Source: Antedon mediterranea
Taxonomy: Eukaryota > Animalia > Echinodermata
Length of the DNA: 64,000 bases
Assembly: GCF_964355755.1 (NCBI RefSeq)
Contig: NC_092676.1
Span: 9,587,888-9,651,887 of the forward strand
Reading direction: 5' to 3'
Below the pieces are notes generated by a model. The model made no database searches. It worked only from the letters and a program-made list of their open reading frames with translations, and was not told where the DNA came from. This document shows, piece after piece, positions 26,401-37,391 of this stretch. Position 1 is the stretch's first letter. Each line of letters begins with the position of its first letter. The position numbers and the translations under genes were made by a program.

Positions 26401-28627
26401 TCTTTCATCAAAGCCATCAGGAACATCAACAACAACTTGAACAAATGATGCTGGGAACATGCCAACATTGGCATCAATGCTCCCAACGAGCCAATCATCA
26501 TCAACACGATGCAGAAGTTGAATTGTTTCATTGTCCATAAAGCTTAGTTCTTTTTTGGATTCTGCACTGAATGGAAAGAGTGAGGTCGCCCAAGGATGAC
26601 CTCCAACACTACCATTAGAAGTACTTCCATCAGCAGTTGCACCAGTTGATTGTAATATATTGCTCTTATCTGCATCTTGTTTGCTAAAACTATCTACTAT
26701 ATTATTATTAACACAGGGGCCACTTTCTCTATTGTCTTTAATAATTTCAACACACATAGCTGGAACAAGCCCTGTTTTTCCATTGCAGGTGCCTCTAAAC
26801 CAATCTTCATCAATCTTTTCTAAATTAGTGATCACATCTCCTTCAGAGAATGTCAATTCATCAATAAGTTGACCAACATTGCTTGAAATAACTCTGCATA
26901 ATAAACCTTGGAAGAAAAACAATTACTTAATATTAATCAAATGCAATTAAATCATACAATTGCCAAAATTATGAATTTAAATTCATTAAGTTGTTTTACT
27001 GTACTATATAAAATGTTACTGTGCAAGTTGGCCTTGTTTTGATGTAGAATATAAATAAAATAATAAATTAAAATAAATTAAATAAATAAAATGAACAAAA
27101 TAAATAAAATAAAATAATGTTAAGGTTTACAATGCAAATATTGTACTTTGTTGTTATATAGTAATCAGAGCAGAGTGTAATTGAAGGAGGGAGAAAGGGG
27201 AAAGGGAAAATGGAGGTCGTAGAGCGATTGCCAATTGTAAATATACAATCCTGGCCTTTCATGTTTTTTTTCTGGGAAAATGTGAATACAGAAATATAAT
27301 TACTACAATCCTGTGGAAAGTTGGATTGACTCAACTGAACAAAATAAATTTCATTACAAAAACCAACAATGATTCACTGATTGTACCATTTATTGAGAGG
27401 GGTGTTAAAATGATTTGGGGTGTTAAAATGATTTGAGGTATATCACACCCTTTCAGGAGAATGACAAATATTGGTTCCTCCAGCTAAGTTAGGCATAAAA
27501 TAGACAAAAACAATCAAAAAGCTGTAAAACATCGAATAGTTGTACCTATAAAATTTGCATCAGCTCCTCCATGGTGCGTAACATATGCAAGCGGAAAAAT
27601 ACCTTCCTTACCATCGATACTCCCTCTTAACCAATTTTCATCAACTTGTGCGATAATCTCGATAACCTCACCTGGATAAAATATATATTATGAAGCAGTA
27701 CATTACAGTAAGCAGTATAGTAGTACGTTTAGGTTTTAGATGGCGTTTCAACTTTAATATTGATAAAAAGATAAATATTTATGTACACATAGCCATTTCA
27801 TATATAATACTTGAGCTGAATTTACAATTGACAAAAATCAAAATTCCAAGCTGGATAACTACATAAAAGAAACAGAGCAGAAGTGCCGCCATCACAACAT
27901 TAGCAAGAGTTAGTGCTGCCATCACAACACTAGCAAGAGTTAGTGCTGTCATCACAACACTAGCAAGAGTTAGCGCTGGCATCAAACACTTTACATTAGT
28001 GTTACCATCACAACACTATCAAGAGTTAGCACCGCCATCACAACATTAGCAAGAATTAGTGTTGCCATCACAACACTAACAAGAGTTTGTGTCGGCATCA
28101 CAACAATAGCAAGAGTTTGTGCTGCCGTCACGTTCACAACACTAGCAAGAGTTAGTGACACTATCACCAATAATTAGTGCCACTATCCCAACAATAGGAA
28201 TAAACCTACCATGGTAGCAAAATAACATACAGTGACCATTCAATTAAAGTTGACTATCATAACCTAATTCTTTGTCAAAACAGTGGGGATTCCTTTTAAA
28301 GAACAGTTTGAAAAAATACTGTACTGTACATTACATAACAGAAAATTTACCTTTGTTGAAACCAAGATCCCCATCTGCATCTGCTGCAAATTGTTCTACT
28401 GCAACTACAAACTCTCCAGTCTGATAAACCTCTGTACTGTCACCAGGTTTCACTTCAGACACAAAGCTAATTGGAAACCTGCCAGATAGTCCATTGCATG
28501 CTCCAACTGCCCAATCTTGATCGACTATGTCTAAAATTTGTACAATATCTCCTGTCTGCAATGGTAGTTCATCCGATTCTGTCGTGTCAAAGTTGTAGTT
28601 GGCTTGGGCAGACGTTCCAACTTCCAT
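193..28627 (-). CDS. DNMBP: Dynamin-binding protein / Tuba orthologue (SH3 x5, Pro-rich linker, RhoGEF DH, BAR); multi-exon, 3' end beyond the window's left edge
   Basis: Phase-consistent GT-AG exon chain: 28351-28627, 27546-27671, 24606-26906, 23913-24116, 22607-22692, 20525-20669, 15359-15522, 11732-11855, 10247-10338, 10011-10066, 8629-8722, 8392-8497, 7809-7936, 1453-1557, 193-324. DH motifs [57 protein letters not shown] are followed by a BAR start, the Tuba architecture. Confidence 0.92.
1453..1557 (-). CDS. DNMBP: DNMBP exon (BAR start)
   Basis: TIDEEFEQSEKRFNTLERTIKIFVKDINAYLEHLK; phase 0-0. Confidence 0.9.
2108..7479 (+). mobile_element. Apparently autonomous Sola-like (probably Sola2-type) DNA transposon in a DNMBP intron, antisense to the host gene
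   Basis: Imperfect TIR GGCTCAGGCTCACTATA / GGCTCGGGCTCAGTATA (15/17 identical); exact 4-bp TSD TAAA at 2104-2107 and 7480-7483; encodes a DDD transposase; internal GTAACnnnnGTTAC arrays. Confidence 0.8.
3755..6543 (+). CDS. Spliced DDD transposase, 834 aa (exons 3755-4322 and 4607-6543)
   Basis: Donor CAG|gtacgt and acceptor ttctag|G join the 218-aa and 644-aa ORFs in frame. Motifs HMDFAQNY, VTLHP, WTDSPTSQYRNK, FEAGHGKGPCDGIGG; CxCxxC; C-terminal WV..LYDEEWYIGKV..F.WP..DEIW. Confidence 0.85.
7809..7936 (-). CDS. DNMBP: DNMBP exon (DH-BAR linker)
   Basis: VMKYRK...LHSFKKKTQRMNQRWTQLTGFSAQ|gtaacc; phase 1-0. Confidence 0.9.
8085..8195 (-). mobile_element. Degenerate tRNA-derived SINE fragment
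   Basis: Box-B-like GAGTTCGAGCC and CORE-like TCCTTAGACAAGATGCTTAAC on the minus strand. Confidence 0.45.
8209..8315 (-). mobile_element. Degenerate 5S rRNA-derived sequence (SINE3 head)
   Basis: TTCTCGTCAGATC...TTAAGCAATGTTGGGCCC...GATGGGAGACCATCTGGGAA, with indels relative to 5S. Confidence 0.65.
8392..8497 (-). CDS. DNMBP: DNMBP exon (DH end)
   Basis: HTPDNHKDK...[14 protein letters not shown]; phase 0-1. Confidence 0.92.
8629..8722 (-). CDS. DNMBP: DNMBP exon (DH core)
   Basis: [30 protein letters not shown]; phase 2-0. Confidence 0.92.
8868..9882. mobile_element. Non-autonomous piggyBac-like element
   Basis: TTAA on both sides; TIR CACTTTGACTGCCA; subterminal duplicated CGAAGATCTTCG palindrome. 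Confidence 0.85.
10011..10066 (-). CDS. DNMBP: DNMBP exon (DH)
   Basis: YEENNEILEYINQGLEVV R|gtaagt; phase 0-2. Confidence 0.85.
10247..10338 (-). CDS. DNMBP: DNMBP exon (DH)
   Basis: [31 protein letters not shown]; phase 1-0. Confidence 0.9.
10845..11675. mobile_element. Two pieces of a Kolobok-like (TTAA/AG) non-autonomous family around a SINE; another copy at 63669-64000
   Basis: TTAA-AGATGTATTGTCC at 10841 and TTAA-AGATGTATTTTCCC at 11327; end GGGGGGACAATACATC; shared ATATGCCATTTTAATGTCACAT with 63722. Confidence 0.55.
11103..11325 (+). mobile_element. tRNA-derived CORE-type SINE
   Basis: Box A TAGCACAGTG, box B GAGTTCAAATCC, then TCCTTAGGCAAGATACTT...TGCCTCTCTCCACCCAGGTGTATAAAAT. Confidence 0.7.
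11732..11855 (-). CDS. DNMBP: DNMBP exon (DH)
   Basis: [27 protein letters not shown]; phase 0-1. Confidence 0.9.
13140..13456 (-). mobile_element. tRNA-derived SINE with Meta-like central domain (old copy)
   Basis: GTGGCCGAACAGTTAAG head; central block related to the 19017 copy (GAACCC...GATTAGGGGGTTACCC). Confidence 0.6.
13517..13650. mobile_element. Degenerate Harbinger-like MITE (family of 60359)
   Basis: TTGGTTCCCACTAG start and ATTGGTCAA...CTTGCGTTG shared with 60359-60537. Confidence 0.5.
14516..14584 (-). CDS. DNMBP: Candidate 69-nt in-frame cassette exon of DNMBP
   Basis: ctttcag|EEINSILTREVEDASDKTEDKKK|gtgctt; phase 0-0; weak donor. Confidence 0.4.
15359..15522 (-). CDS. DNMBP: DNMBP exon (start of DH domain)
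   Basis: [21 protein letters not shown]; phase 1-0. Confidence 0.9.
16405..16750 (+). mobile_element. tRNA-derived SINE with Meta-like domain
   Basis: GTGACCGAGCGAGTAAG, GGTTCAAGGC, CAGATAAGGATTATAA; colinear with the 19017 copy. Confidence 0.65.
16816..16861 (-). CDS. DNMBP: Candidate alternative first coding exon of DNMBP (short isoform)
   Basis: ATG...MALPTHDNDFLEEEL G|gtaag; phase 1 matches the acceptor at 15522. Confidence 0.5.
19017..19397 (+). mobile_element. tRNA-derived SINE with Meta-like domain and A-rich tail
   Basis: Box A TGGCCAAGCGG, box B GGTTCGAGGC, GATAAGGACTATAAAC...GCACTTTAAAAAACC...AGTAGGGGTTACCCCGGTGT, A-rich tail. Confidence 0.8.
19708..20315. mobile_element. Kolobok-like MITE
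   Basis: TTAA TSD; TIR AGACACTAGACCT. Confidence 0.75.
20343..20566. repeat. 50-bp minisatellite (~4.5 copies) containing a DNMBP exon end and splice donor; degenerate copies at 18852-19005
   Basis: Unit TAACCTTTAAGTGATGATACTTTGTCGGTCAGTTGAGTGATGCTTATAAC at 20371, 20421, 20471 and 20521. Confidence 0.9.
20525..20669 (-). CDS. DNMBP: DNMBP exon (coiled coil before DH)
   Basis: KQANEKKQLEKEMSSFLECESVNNAVAEQYNEVVLSITQLTDKVSSLK G|gttagt; phase 0-1. Confidence 0.75.
21131..22283. mobile_element. hAT-like non-autonomous element
   Basis: TIR CAGACCTTGAT / ATCAAGGTCTG; CATTTT repeated on both flanks; subterminal GGAGCGC/GGAGAGC motifs. Confidence 0.65.
22607..22692 (-). CDS. DNMBP: DNMBP exon
   Basis: EEAVSSKPQTKEMVIALKASLADFQCELE|gtcagt; phase 1-0. 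Confidence 0.75.
23008..23503. mobile_element. MITE with GGG termini and TA flanks (Harbinger/ISL2EU-like)
   Basis: ~50-bp imperfect TIR GGGAGGTTTCGCAACCTTACGAATACGA...CGGATACGTCAC. Confidence 0.75.
23913..24116 (-). CDS. DNMBP: DNMBP exon (Pro-rich)
   Basis: GEIASD...PPRPAPPRP; phase 1-1; donor at 23912 (or 23915). Confidence 0.8.
24606..26906 (-). CDS. DNMBP: DNMBP large exon (SH3-3, SH3-4, SH3-5 and Pro/Ser-rich linker)
   Basis: Within the 800-aa ORF; three SH3 signatures; acceptor ttccaag|G, donor G|gtgag; 2301 nt keeps phase. Confidence 0.92.
27546..27671 (-). CDS. DNMBP: DNMBP exon (rest of SH3-2)
   Basis: GEVIEIIAQVDENWLRGSIDGKEGIFPLAYV; phase 1-1; AG/GT flanks. Confidence 0.9.
27875..28190. 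repeat. 30-bp minisatellite (~10 copies, decaying)
   Basis: Unit TAGCAAGAGTTAGTGCTGCCATCACAACAC. Confidence 0.9.
28351..28627 (-). CDS. DNMBP: DNMBP first coding exon (SH3-1 and start of SH3-2)
   Basis: ATG at 28627; AQANYNF...DELPLQTGDIV...DWAVG...GRFPISFV; donor AAG|gtaaat; upstream acceptor at 28665. Confidence 0.9.
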
Positions 28628-31600
28628 CTCATAACAGTCTTAGGTTAAAATGTAAAAGTTTCATCTACAATAAAAATTGGAATAAATTGATGCTATTTAA
28701 ATGCCTATTTAAAAGCATAGGGAAAGAATAAATTATGATAATACTGAATAATTAATCTAATCTATTAAATACTGTATATAAAAATACTAATGTATCTATT
28801 GGATACTGATAAAATTAACAAATATAAAATAACAATTAAGCTATGACACAACGCTGGGCTGTTGACTGTCTGTTCGAAAATCAAGCTGTACAGTGCCATC
28901 TATAATCCTGGGTCTGGAATTGAATGGTTTACTACTTGTGGCCTTGCCTAGACAGACTTTCGTTAAAAGTATAATGTGTTATGAAACAAATAATGAATGT
29001 TTTATATTTGGTAAAAGTTATGCTATATCATTGCACTTAAGCATTCATTATTGTACTATTCAATCTACAGTACAGAGTACTAACTACCTATTATAACTAC
29101 AGTATATTAATAAGAAACATGTCTGTGAACAAAACATTAATTGAGAATTAGATTAGACTAATATTATAATACTATATCTAATACTCAAGTGCCAGTGTTG
29201 ATCATTCATATACTTTAGGTTTTAAGGAAATACGTTTAAATTTGTTCCTTAAAATGAACTTTCCTTTAAATAAGGGAAATTCTAATAAATATGATAACTG
29301 AAATACAGGTACTTGTTTTGCTGGTGAAAACTGCATTCCACAGTTTATATTTAAAATACAGAAGACATCATCAGCAGCAGCTGCTAAGATTGACACCAAG
29401 TTGCCTAATCTATCTTTCCTGAACAGTCTACCAGTACTATTCTATTACCTCATACATAAACACATAATATTAATAAAATATCTAACTGCATACAAAAATA
29501 CTTTGATAAATTGTATTATTCAGACTAGAGCTACAATTGTGTGCTACAGGTTCATTGACAAGATCATTCAATCATTCTTTTATTGAACACAAGATTATAA
29601 CAATAGGAATGTGGTTTGAAAAGAAAAATAAACCACATTTTAAATTCACTGAATTCATGAAACCAATCAATCAAGAGATTGAAGAAAGTAGTAAAGGATG
29701 TTTTGTCATACAGTGTAATGTTTATTTTACTTTTAACTATACTATTACTTTGTATTGTAAGAAAAATACATTTTTGTTTGTGTACAATACTGTCTAGAAA
29801 CACATGGAGACATATCTGACAGTTTGTCTATGTGTACACACAGTATAGTATTGTACAGTAAAGTACAATGTACAAAATGTTTACAAATTTTCATCTTTCA
29901 TTTTCATCATATTGTCTATTGTCTGACAGGACAGTAACACACACTGGAAGTAGTGATACCTCTGAAGAAAGAAATTATTTAATTTGAATGTGCTACAATT
30001 TACACGTTTTCCTTTTCTTTTTTCTAGGTAGTGTCACATAATTTGAAAATTAAACTACGGTATTTAGTATAGAAAATGTAAGGCGATACACTAATGTACA
30101 GAATAGTAAATACAGTAGGAGGCAAATTGTAATGGTTTAATGTAGAACAGGTGAATGTGGAAGTATTTAAATCCATTAAATAATAAATGAAATAATCATG
30201 CAATGTCCAGTATCACTATAAATCTTTGCAAGATTAAACTGCAGAATAATTCATTTGATTAATGATATTGAATACACCCGTACAGTACAAAGTTAGTGTA
30301 GGCCTACTTTGCTACAGTATATACCACAGTATGTTCTGCACAATGAATACTAGATGTTTAGAAAGAAAGAAAAAACAGGTCAATTTGAATTATTAATAGA
30401 CACTATAGGAAAGAAGGTACAAAAGTCTAGCTAAAATAGAACATCCTATGATTGAACATTCAATTTACCCTTGATTAATATTACCTTTAGTTTAATAAGC
30501 AAAGTAGCATATTTAAAATTTTGTTTCTACAATTAATTTACATTAAAGCAAATGCTAATTAAAATCATGACATGTTTAATATTATTCATTATCATACGCT
30601 GTTTAAAAGTATCAATGAGGCAGTGTAATTAACTATTCAAATCTACTGTAATTGCGTTATTTAATGTCATTAGTGAATGGGTGGTTGATGTAATCGCTGC
30701 ATAATATTATTGATTTTCAAGTGCCTCATTCATCATGAGCAAATGAACTATAAATGAAATCCTGCTTGCATTTGCTTCATTAGAAATAATAGGAAAAAAA
30801 GGTAAATGTTAGAGTGATCAATTTACCATAGTAATTACTTAAAGGAAACACATAAAATAACAGTAGTAATCTATGTTTTTTTTTTTTTTTCAAAAATATT
30901 AAAGAAATTACTAATGAAATTTTTTTTTTAAAGTATAAAATGCTTTCACTTATTGGGATATTGTACAGAGTTACATGTAGTGTCGGGTTCAGGATTTTGA
31001 AATATAGGGGGTGGGGGGTGGGGTTGTCTAAAAGTAGTGAAATGAAGTCCTGAACTTAATTTGATGTCCTATCTTTTGCCATAAAATTTGGGAAATTTAG
31101 AGGGGTTGGCCGCATCTGAACCAGGTATGATCCTACATGAAAACTTACCTACAGTACATATAAAAGACAGAAATACGCATTCTAAAATTAACATAAATAC
31201 TCAAGACAGTTGGAATGACTACTACTATGTAAGCTTGACTAAATGTCAGCAAATCTAAAGGGAATGAAGTTAATTATAGAATAAATCTACATTTGTTGTA
31301 CCGTGAAACATCTTACTATGACATAGTATGTGTAAACACTTTACTCATTTTTTTGGAAAAAAAATTGAAATTTATTACAGTACTTACAAATTACATCACA
31401 AGTAGCATAAATTTCAATTCAATTTTTATTTATTTATGTTCGTTTCTTCAATACACATCGGTCGACATCACTGGGTAACTTTAAGTTTAAAAAGACAAAA
31501 TTTGGAGACTTTATAAAAACATGGAAAAACCATACCTGGGCGCAATAATTGTTTTATGAAAATGAAAAACAATCTAAAAATACAGTTAGAATTTAAGTAA

Positions 31601-32489
31601 GACGAATGTGCTATCATAATAGTAATTTAGTAAACAATGTGTATGCGATTGCATGCCAGAAACTGTCTGTTTTGTTTTGAAAAATGCATTACCACCCTAT
31701 TGTTCCCCTTTATTCAAATTGGGGGTGCTGGGGCTGGAAATTACTGTGTATTCGAGAACCATCAAAACCTCGTACAGTCAGTATCTGTGGGCACCATCTA
31801 GTAGTACAGTATTATATAATTATAAAATTACATGGGTGAAGGGTGGCAACCGGGGGCTATAGTGTACAGTTAATACTGTAGTAGGACTCAGAACTGGGAT
31901 GTTTTTTGTAAATAAAAAACAAATGTTGAAAATAAAAAATTTGCAATAAGATTTGTTATTTATTAAATATTTCCTTGGTTTGTTAGGTTGTCATTTTACT
32001 GTTTTTATTGTTAAAAATGTATAATGATCTGAGATACTTGGATATTGCACTGTGAGCCGCTGCATTGGCATGGAATTCATTAATCAGACCGTCTTATTGA
32101 TTGCTATTCTAATAGTAATACTGCAGCTCTGCATATCATTAGATGAAATGCAGCTCATATCTTGCCTACAGTATACCATACTGTAACAAATAAATTTAAT
32201 TCACGATCTATACATTGAAAGTAATGCATTATAAATGTTTTTAAATCTAGAGGGTTAATACTATTGAATTATTACTATTTATACTATTTTAGTAAAAGTT
32301 AAAACTATTAATTATCACTGTCAAATTAGCATAAAACAAAATGGATGCTGCAGTTCATTACTGTAGAACTGATTTAATAAATAATATCACATTAATGATC
32401 ACTTAAATTGTATTATTTTGTACAGTAAGTTCTGTAAAAGGATTTAATGAGAATTTTGAATTAATTTTATTAATTCAATCAGTCTTTCA

Positions 32490-32740
32490 ATAATAATAAA
32501 TGGGCCTTATAGCATATTTTGCAAGGCCTCAATGCGCTAAACAAAAGTAATTAAATGCTAAAAAAAATAAGAGAAAAAAAAGAGAAGCCTTAAAATAAGC
32601 GATTGGATTCCAGTAGCCCGACACTCAGATATGGATTGATAAACCATTCCAAAAGATGATAGAAGCCCAAAAAAGGAACAAAAACCATAATGATTTGGTG
32701 ACAGATAGATTGAATGAGCAAGTACTGTAGACGAAATCAG
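32490..32740 (-). mobile_element. Probable 3' fragment of a CR1/L2-type LINE
   Basis: Minus strand contains a W-N-x-L-type end (TTTTGGAATGGTTTA), then AGCGCATTGAG...CTATAAG and a (TTA)n tail. Confidence 0.4.
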
Positions 32741-34128
32741 TCAATCAAATTTTATATAATGTACTGTATAATTTATGTTGTTAAAGGTTTCCATTGTGTC
32801 TAAATGTCTCAGGGGAAATAGAAAAGACTTGGCACATTTGGAAGGTCAAGGGTCAAAGGATATGAAATATATTTCTAAATAGATTTAAAAGTTAATGTCT
32901 CATAATTACAAATAACTTTAACTACTGTACTGTATGTGACACTGACAGTGAGATTTCGCATCGTAAGGTAGATGAAAGAAGATCCTAGATAGAACCAGAC
33001 AGTAAGATCATTACTGAACACCACTGTACAGTACTGTAGTAGCACTATCATCTGTCCTTTTTATGACAATATAAAATATGCTTAATTCTATTGTTTTGGC
33101 TGTTTACCACAGTATTAGGATTTGTAAAATGACCTTGAATATTCTGTCAAAGTCAATTGTGTATAGAATGGATGTAACCTATGACCTTTACTTACAGAAA
33201 AAATGAAATAATTAACAATTGTCATTCAAATACTGAGAATACTGTATAATAGTCATATACAAAATAAAGAATGTTTATGAGTGCAATATTACAAATAATT
33301 TCATGAGGTGAAAGATGAAAGGTTTCACTGTTATCTGTAGCTCTACAGTAACAGTCTATACAGTATACTAGTACTTCAACAAATCAAAATTAGTTTCCTT
33401 ACTGTAGATGATTAGTGGTCATATCTTAGTAACATAAAGTATCAAGTACATAACAATAATCAGACTGATTAATTTAAAATTTTTTTCATTTCATAAACAA
33501 GTTAAAATTAGTAAAATTTTGTCATTTAACCTTTCATTCGTCACAACGTGTTTAATGCCACAAAACATCACTTTTATCATTTTATAACAGAAGGCGATCT
33601 TCACTTTAGTATTTTGACTATTTTTACATTAAAAATGTACAAAACGTACAATTAAGGCCTAAAGGACGATCAGGGCCATCATAGAGACGATCAGGCCCAT
33701 GGTTTTATGTGCCCGATCATCTGTACGTTGTATCAGGCCCAATCGTCTTAGGCGTTGGGCCCGCTAGCCCCTCATTGGGCCCGATAGTCTTAACATTGGG
33801 CACGATAGCCAAGTGTACTGTATCCTTTGAAGATTACAAATTTGATCAAGTAATTATTTATATAGATTCAATAAACATTTTATTGGTATATAAGATTGTT
33901 TGAAATTTGTTTTAAGCAAAAAGCCTGCAGGGCAGTGGGGTCGAATCACTCATGTATTTTGTGTTAATTACATATTTTTGCTGACCGCAGGATTCCCTTT
34001 TATATAGAAAAAACAACAACATGCATTTATAGTTGTCAAATGGACAATGTTTCCATTTTAATTTTTTTATTAAATAATTCAGTGAAATCATGATAGATCC
34101 AAACTCACATTTCATGTTACTTTTAGAA

Positions 34129-35305
34129 CGGTCAGTCTAATTATCGAAAACAACCGAAAACAACCATAAACAACTAAAAACAACCGAAAACAAACCGAAA
34201 ACTAACCAAAAACAAAATAAAATAATCTAAATACCGAAAACAAATTTGTGTAAATTTTTTTTTAATGTAGTCCTCTATTGATGGGTGTTTCTAAAGCTAA
34301 GACCATAACAACTGAGAGAAAACCGCGAGCGCAAAAGCCAAGGAAGACCCTACGAAATGGTAGTGTGCACAAAATACAACTAAAGATCGTACAATCAATC
34401 AATGATATCGCATTACTTACTGTACAGAATCTATAAAAATATTCTAATTTTAATCTTTCGATTTTTGATCCAGAAACCAACGCATTTACTCCTCACAATA
34501 ATTGTGAATACATTATCCATAGTATAGAAAGTAAATTGACTAAATGTATGATCAATTTAATTAGAGATTTTTAAGAATATTGATAATATTAGGGACTATA
34601 AAGTATACTTATTTTTTTTTTTTTTTTTTTTATTTCATACTCATCCAACAGCGAGTAACCCGCCAATTACAGGATGGATAAACTATTTAATAATTTCACA
34701 AGACAAACATATACACAAGATGCTCTACATAAACAAAGACTTATTATTAAGTCTTTGGGAGTGGAGTTGTAAATTGTCATGAGAAAAAAACCCTGACATG
34801 ACAGGACTTGAACCCAGGACCCTTAGATTGGTAGCCAAGCATCATAACCACCAAGCCACAGCTCCACTCCAAAAATTATAAAATTACCGTAGTCGAGTAC
34901 TGTAAATAACGTTTTTTTCCTTAATCACTTAATCAAGTATTCACTTAAGTGACGAAAACGCAAAGTTAGGTAAAATCATGCTTTGTTTTTTAAAAGACTA
35001 AAAACGAAATGTGTTTAAAGATTTTGTACTGTAAGTAAATGTCTACAGTGTATTTCATTGAATGTGTACGATTTTAATTTGTATTTTGTGCACACTACCA
35101 TTTTGTAGATTCTTCCTTGGCTTTTGGGCGCGCGGTTTTCTCTCCGTATGGTCTTAGCTTTAGAAACACCCATCAATAGGGGGCGACATTAAAAAAAAAA
35201 TTATAAAAATTTGTTTTCGTTATTTAGATTTTTTTATTTAGTTTTCAGTTTGATTTCGGTTGTTTGTGTTTTTTTTTCGGTTGTTTTCGGTAATTAAACT
35301 GACCC
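34129..35305. mobile_element. MULE-like MITE with ~300-bp TIRs
   Basis: GGTCAGTCTAATTATCGAAAACAACCGAAAA...GATGGGTGTTTCTAAAGCTAAGACCATA is mirrored at 35060-35305; imperfect ~9-bp flanks CTTTTAGAA / CTTTAGGAG. Confidence 0.75.
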
Positions 35306-35712
35306 CTTTAGGAGGGTGAATGTCTGTCAAAATGGATTATTTTGTAGACTAAGTTAATTATATAATTCTCTTTTAGTTATAGATGATGGCCTTGATATTT
35401 CTTCAGATTCATTGAATCAGTTTAAGAACAAAGTGTTAAGTTTATTATAATTTTCAAATGCTACCTTTTTAACTTTTTGGCATTTGTTCATGTATTTGTA
35501 TCCATTTTGTTTTTAGCTTTCTGTTATTGGCAAATTTCTTTTGCTGTTGGTTGGGTTTGGAAAAAAAAATCATGTGCTGAAGAACAACGGGCGCACAGGA
35601 AGGTTACTCGTCTCATCTCCTACTACTGTAGGCCTACCACCACATAAAATTATCCGACCATTGACATTTATTATATTAAATGATTACATTTAAACAATGT
35701 TAACATTTCATT

Positions 35713-36061
35713 TTTATTTTTTTTAATTTTATTTAATCAAAACCAACAGCGATAATTACCGCCACTAACAGGTTTGATATAAACAAAGCCAGGACTGTTT
35801 AAAGCACCTTGATTGGTCCTAACATTGATCAAGGGCTTCTCTCGTCCAGTGCCCACCTTTACCAGAGGTCTGAGGCAGATACTAGATGCAGGGGCTGCCA
35901 TAAGAGTCAGCAGTGCTGATTTCAAATGCCTAACGGGACCCCAGCTCCGTATACAGCACCCGTTATTCCCAGATGGTCTCCCATCCAAGCTCTAACCAGG
36001 CCCAACGTCGCTTAACTTCGGTGATCTGACGAGAACCGGTGTTTCAACGTGGTAAAGCCGT
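35713..36061 (-). mobile_element. 5S rRNA-derived SINE (SINE3), full length
   Basis: Near-complete 5S-like head (ACCACGTTGAAACACCGGTTCTCGTCAGATCACCGAAGTTAAG...GGATGGGAGACC...GGTGCTGTA), ~200-bp body, A-rich tail, 8-bp TSD ATTTCATT. Confidence 0.85.
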
Positions 36062-36584
36062 ATTTCATTAGTATATTATAAACAATTATATTTAATTACA
36101 ATAACCTAATTTTGAAAAGCACACCCTCTCCCCCTCACCTGTAAAAATAAAATAAAGTAAATGAATAATTAGCATAAGAAATACTCATCGTCTAAAAATA
36201 TCCAGACAGTAAAATAAATAATCTACAGTAGGCATACCTAATAAAAAAAGATCAAGAATTATAATGATCATGAAAAGGTATTTAGTTGCCAAAATACAAA
36301 ATAGCGCGATGCAATAATAAAACCCAATTGATTAAAAAAACATGACCGATATGATAAAAATTGCATATCTAGAGTGGCGCGCGCCATAAAAAATTCCAAA
36401 AGTTGGTTTAATTGCAACCAAAATAAAACGTGCATGATCGTCTTATTTGTTGTGCCCGTCTCTGGTCCCGATCGTCCTAAAACCTTGTGAAGTTGTTGGG
36501 CCCGGCCAATAGTCTCCCGCTTTGGGCCCAATCGTCTGTGATCCTGATCGTCTGTTCCCACCTCCCATCCCAAGAGAAAGGCAG

Positions 36585-37005
36585 GTAGGCCTAGGCGGCA
36601 TGGCAGGTAAGGTGGCCTACAGACAGAGGCCTCTATCTAGGCCTAGGCCCTAAATAGTTAGGTCTAGCCTACTGTATGTAGGCCTACCTAGTACTACTAC
36701 TAGGCCTAGGCCTAGCAATAGTATGCATACCTAGGCTAGGCCTAACTAGCTAGTAGGCCAGCTCTCCTGTGCGTGACAAGGCTAGCGTGATCTGAATAGC
36801 ATACTGCCATGATTCATTGATAAACAATACTACAAAAGCTACACTTAAATTACAATGCCTACTTATTAAAAATATTAAAAATTACCCCTTTTTTCACTGC
36901 TAAAGATTCTTTTGGGCGTTTGTCATAATAAATTCTATATGTTTACCACACCACCAACAACAGCCTTTTCGCGTTATAGCTGAATTTATAGGGGGCGCTA
37001 GTTGT
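36585..37005 (-). promoter_or_regulatory. Putative DNMBP promoter / non-coding first exon with downstream TAGGCCTA cluster
   Basis: Donor-like AGGG|gtaatt at ~36885, TAGGGGGCGCT at ~36989, dense AGGCCTA motifs at 36585-36765; layout mirrors the SLC30A1 5' end; inference. Confidence 0.4.
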
Positions 37006-37391
37006 ATTTCTCTGTTCTTTGCCAGAGCAGCCATAATGGCTCTGTTCTTTGGGTGTCTCTGTAATGAGCTGTAATATACCGTTGGAACTACACTTTTGAA
37101 ACAGTCGTTGGCCAATATTAATGATAAATCGATTTTATTTTTTGTTACTTTGATTTAAAATACAAATACAAATTTTTTAAAAACGTAATTATTATTTTTT
37201 CTTTTCATCAAAGGAATTGTTTATATTTCTTTTGGTTTATGTATTAAAAATGCACATTTGTCTATTTATCGTCGATCGTTATCGTCCTAGTGTGTGGGCC
37301 TTATGCTGTAAATGTTCAATTAATTGATCATTCCGTTTTCATTTTATTAGTTGGACTCTTGCACAGTTGCTGCCTAATCGTTGTTGTGTAA

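Noticed and set aside
35948-36061. Functional 5S rRNA gene
   Set aside because: No oligo-T terminator after the 5S part; it continues into a body and A-rich tail with an 8-bp TSD, so it is a SINE.
33655-36560. Single large foldback element defined by GGGCCCGAT/GACGATC motifs at 33655-33815 and 36455-36555
   Set aside because: The motif clusters look related, but no terminal alignment or TSD could be established.
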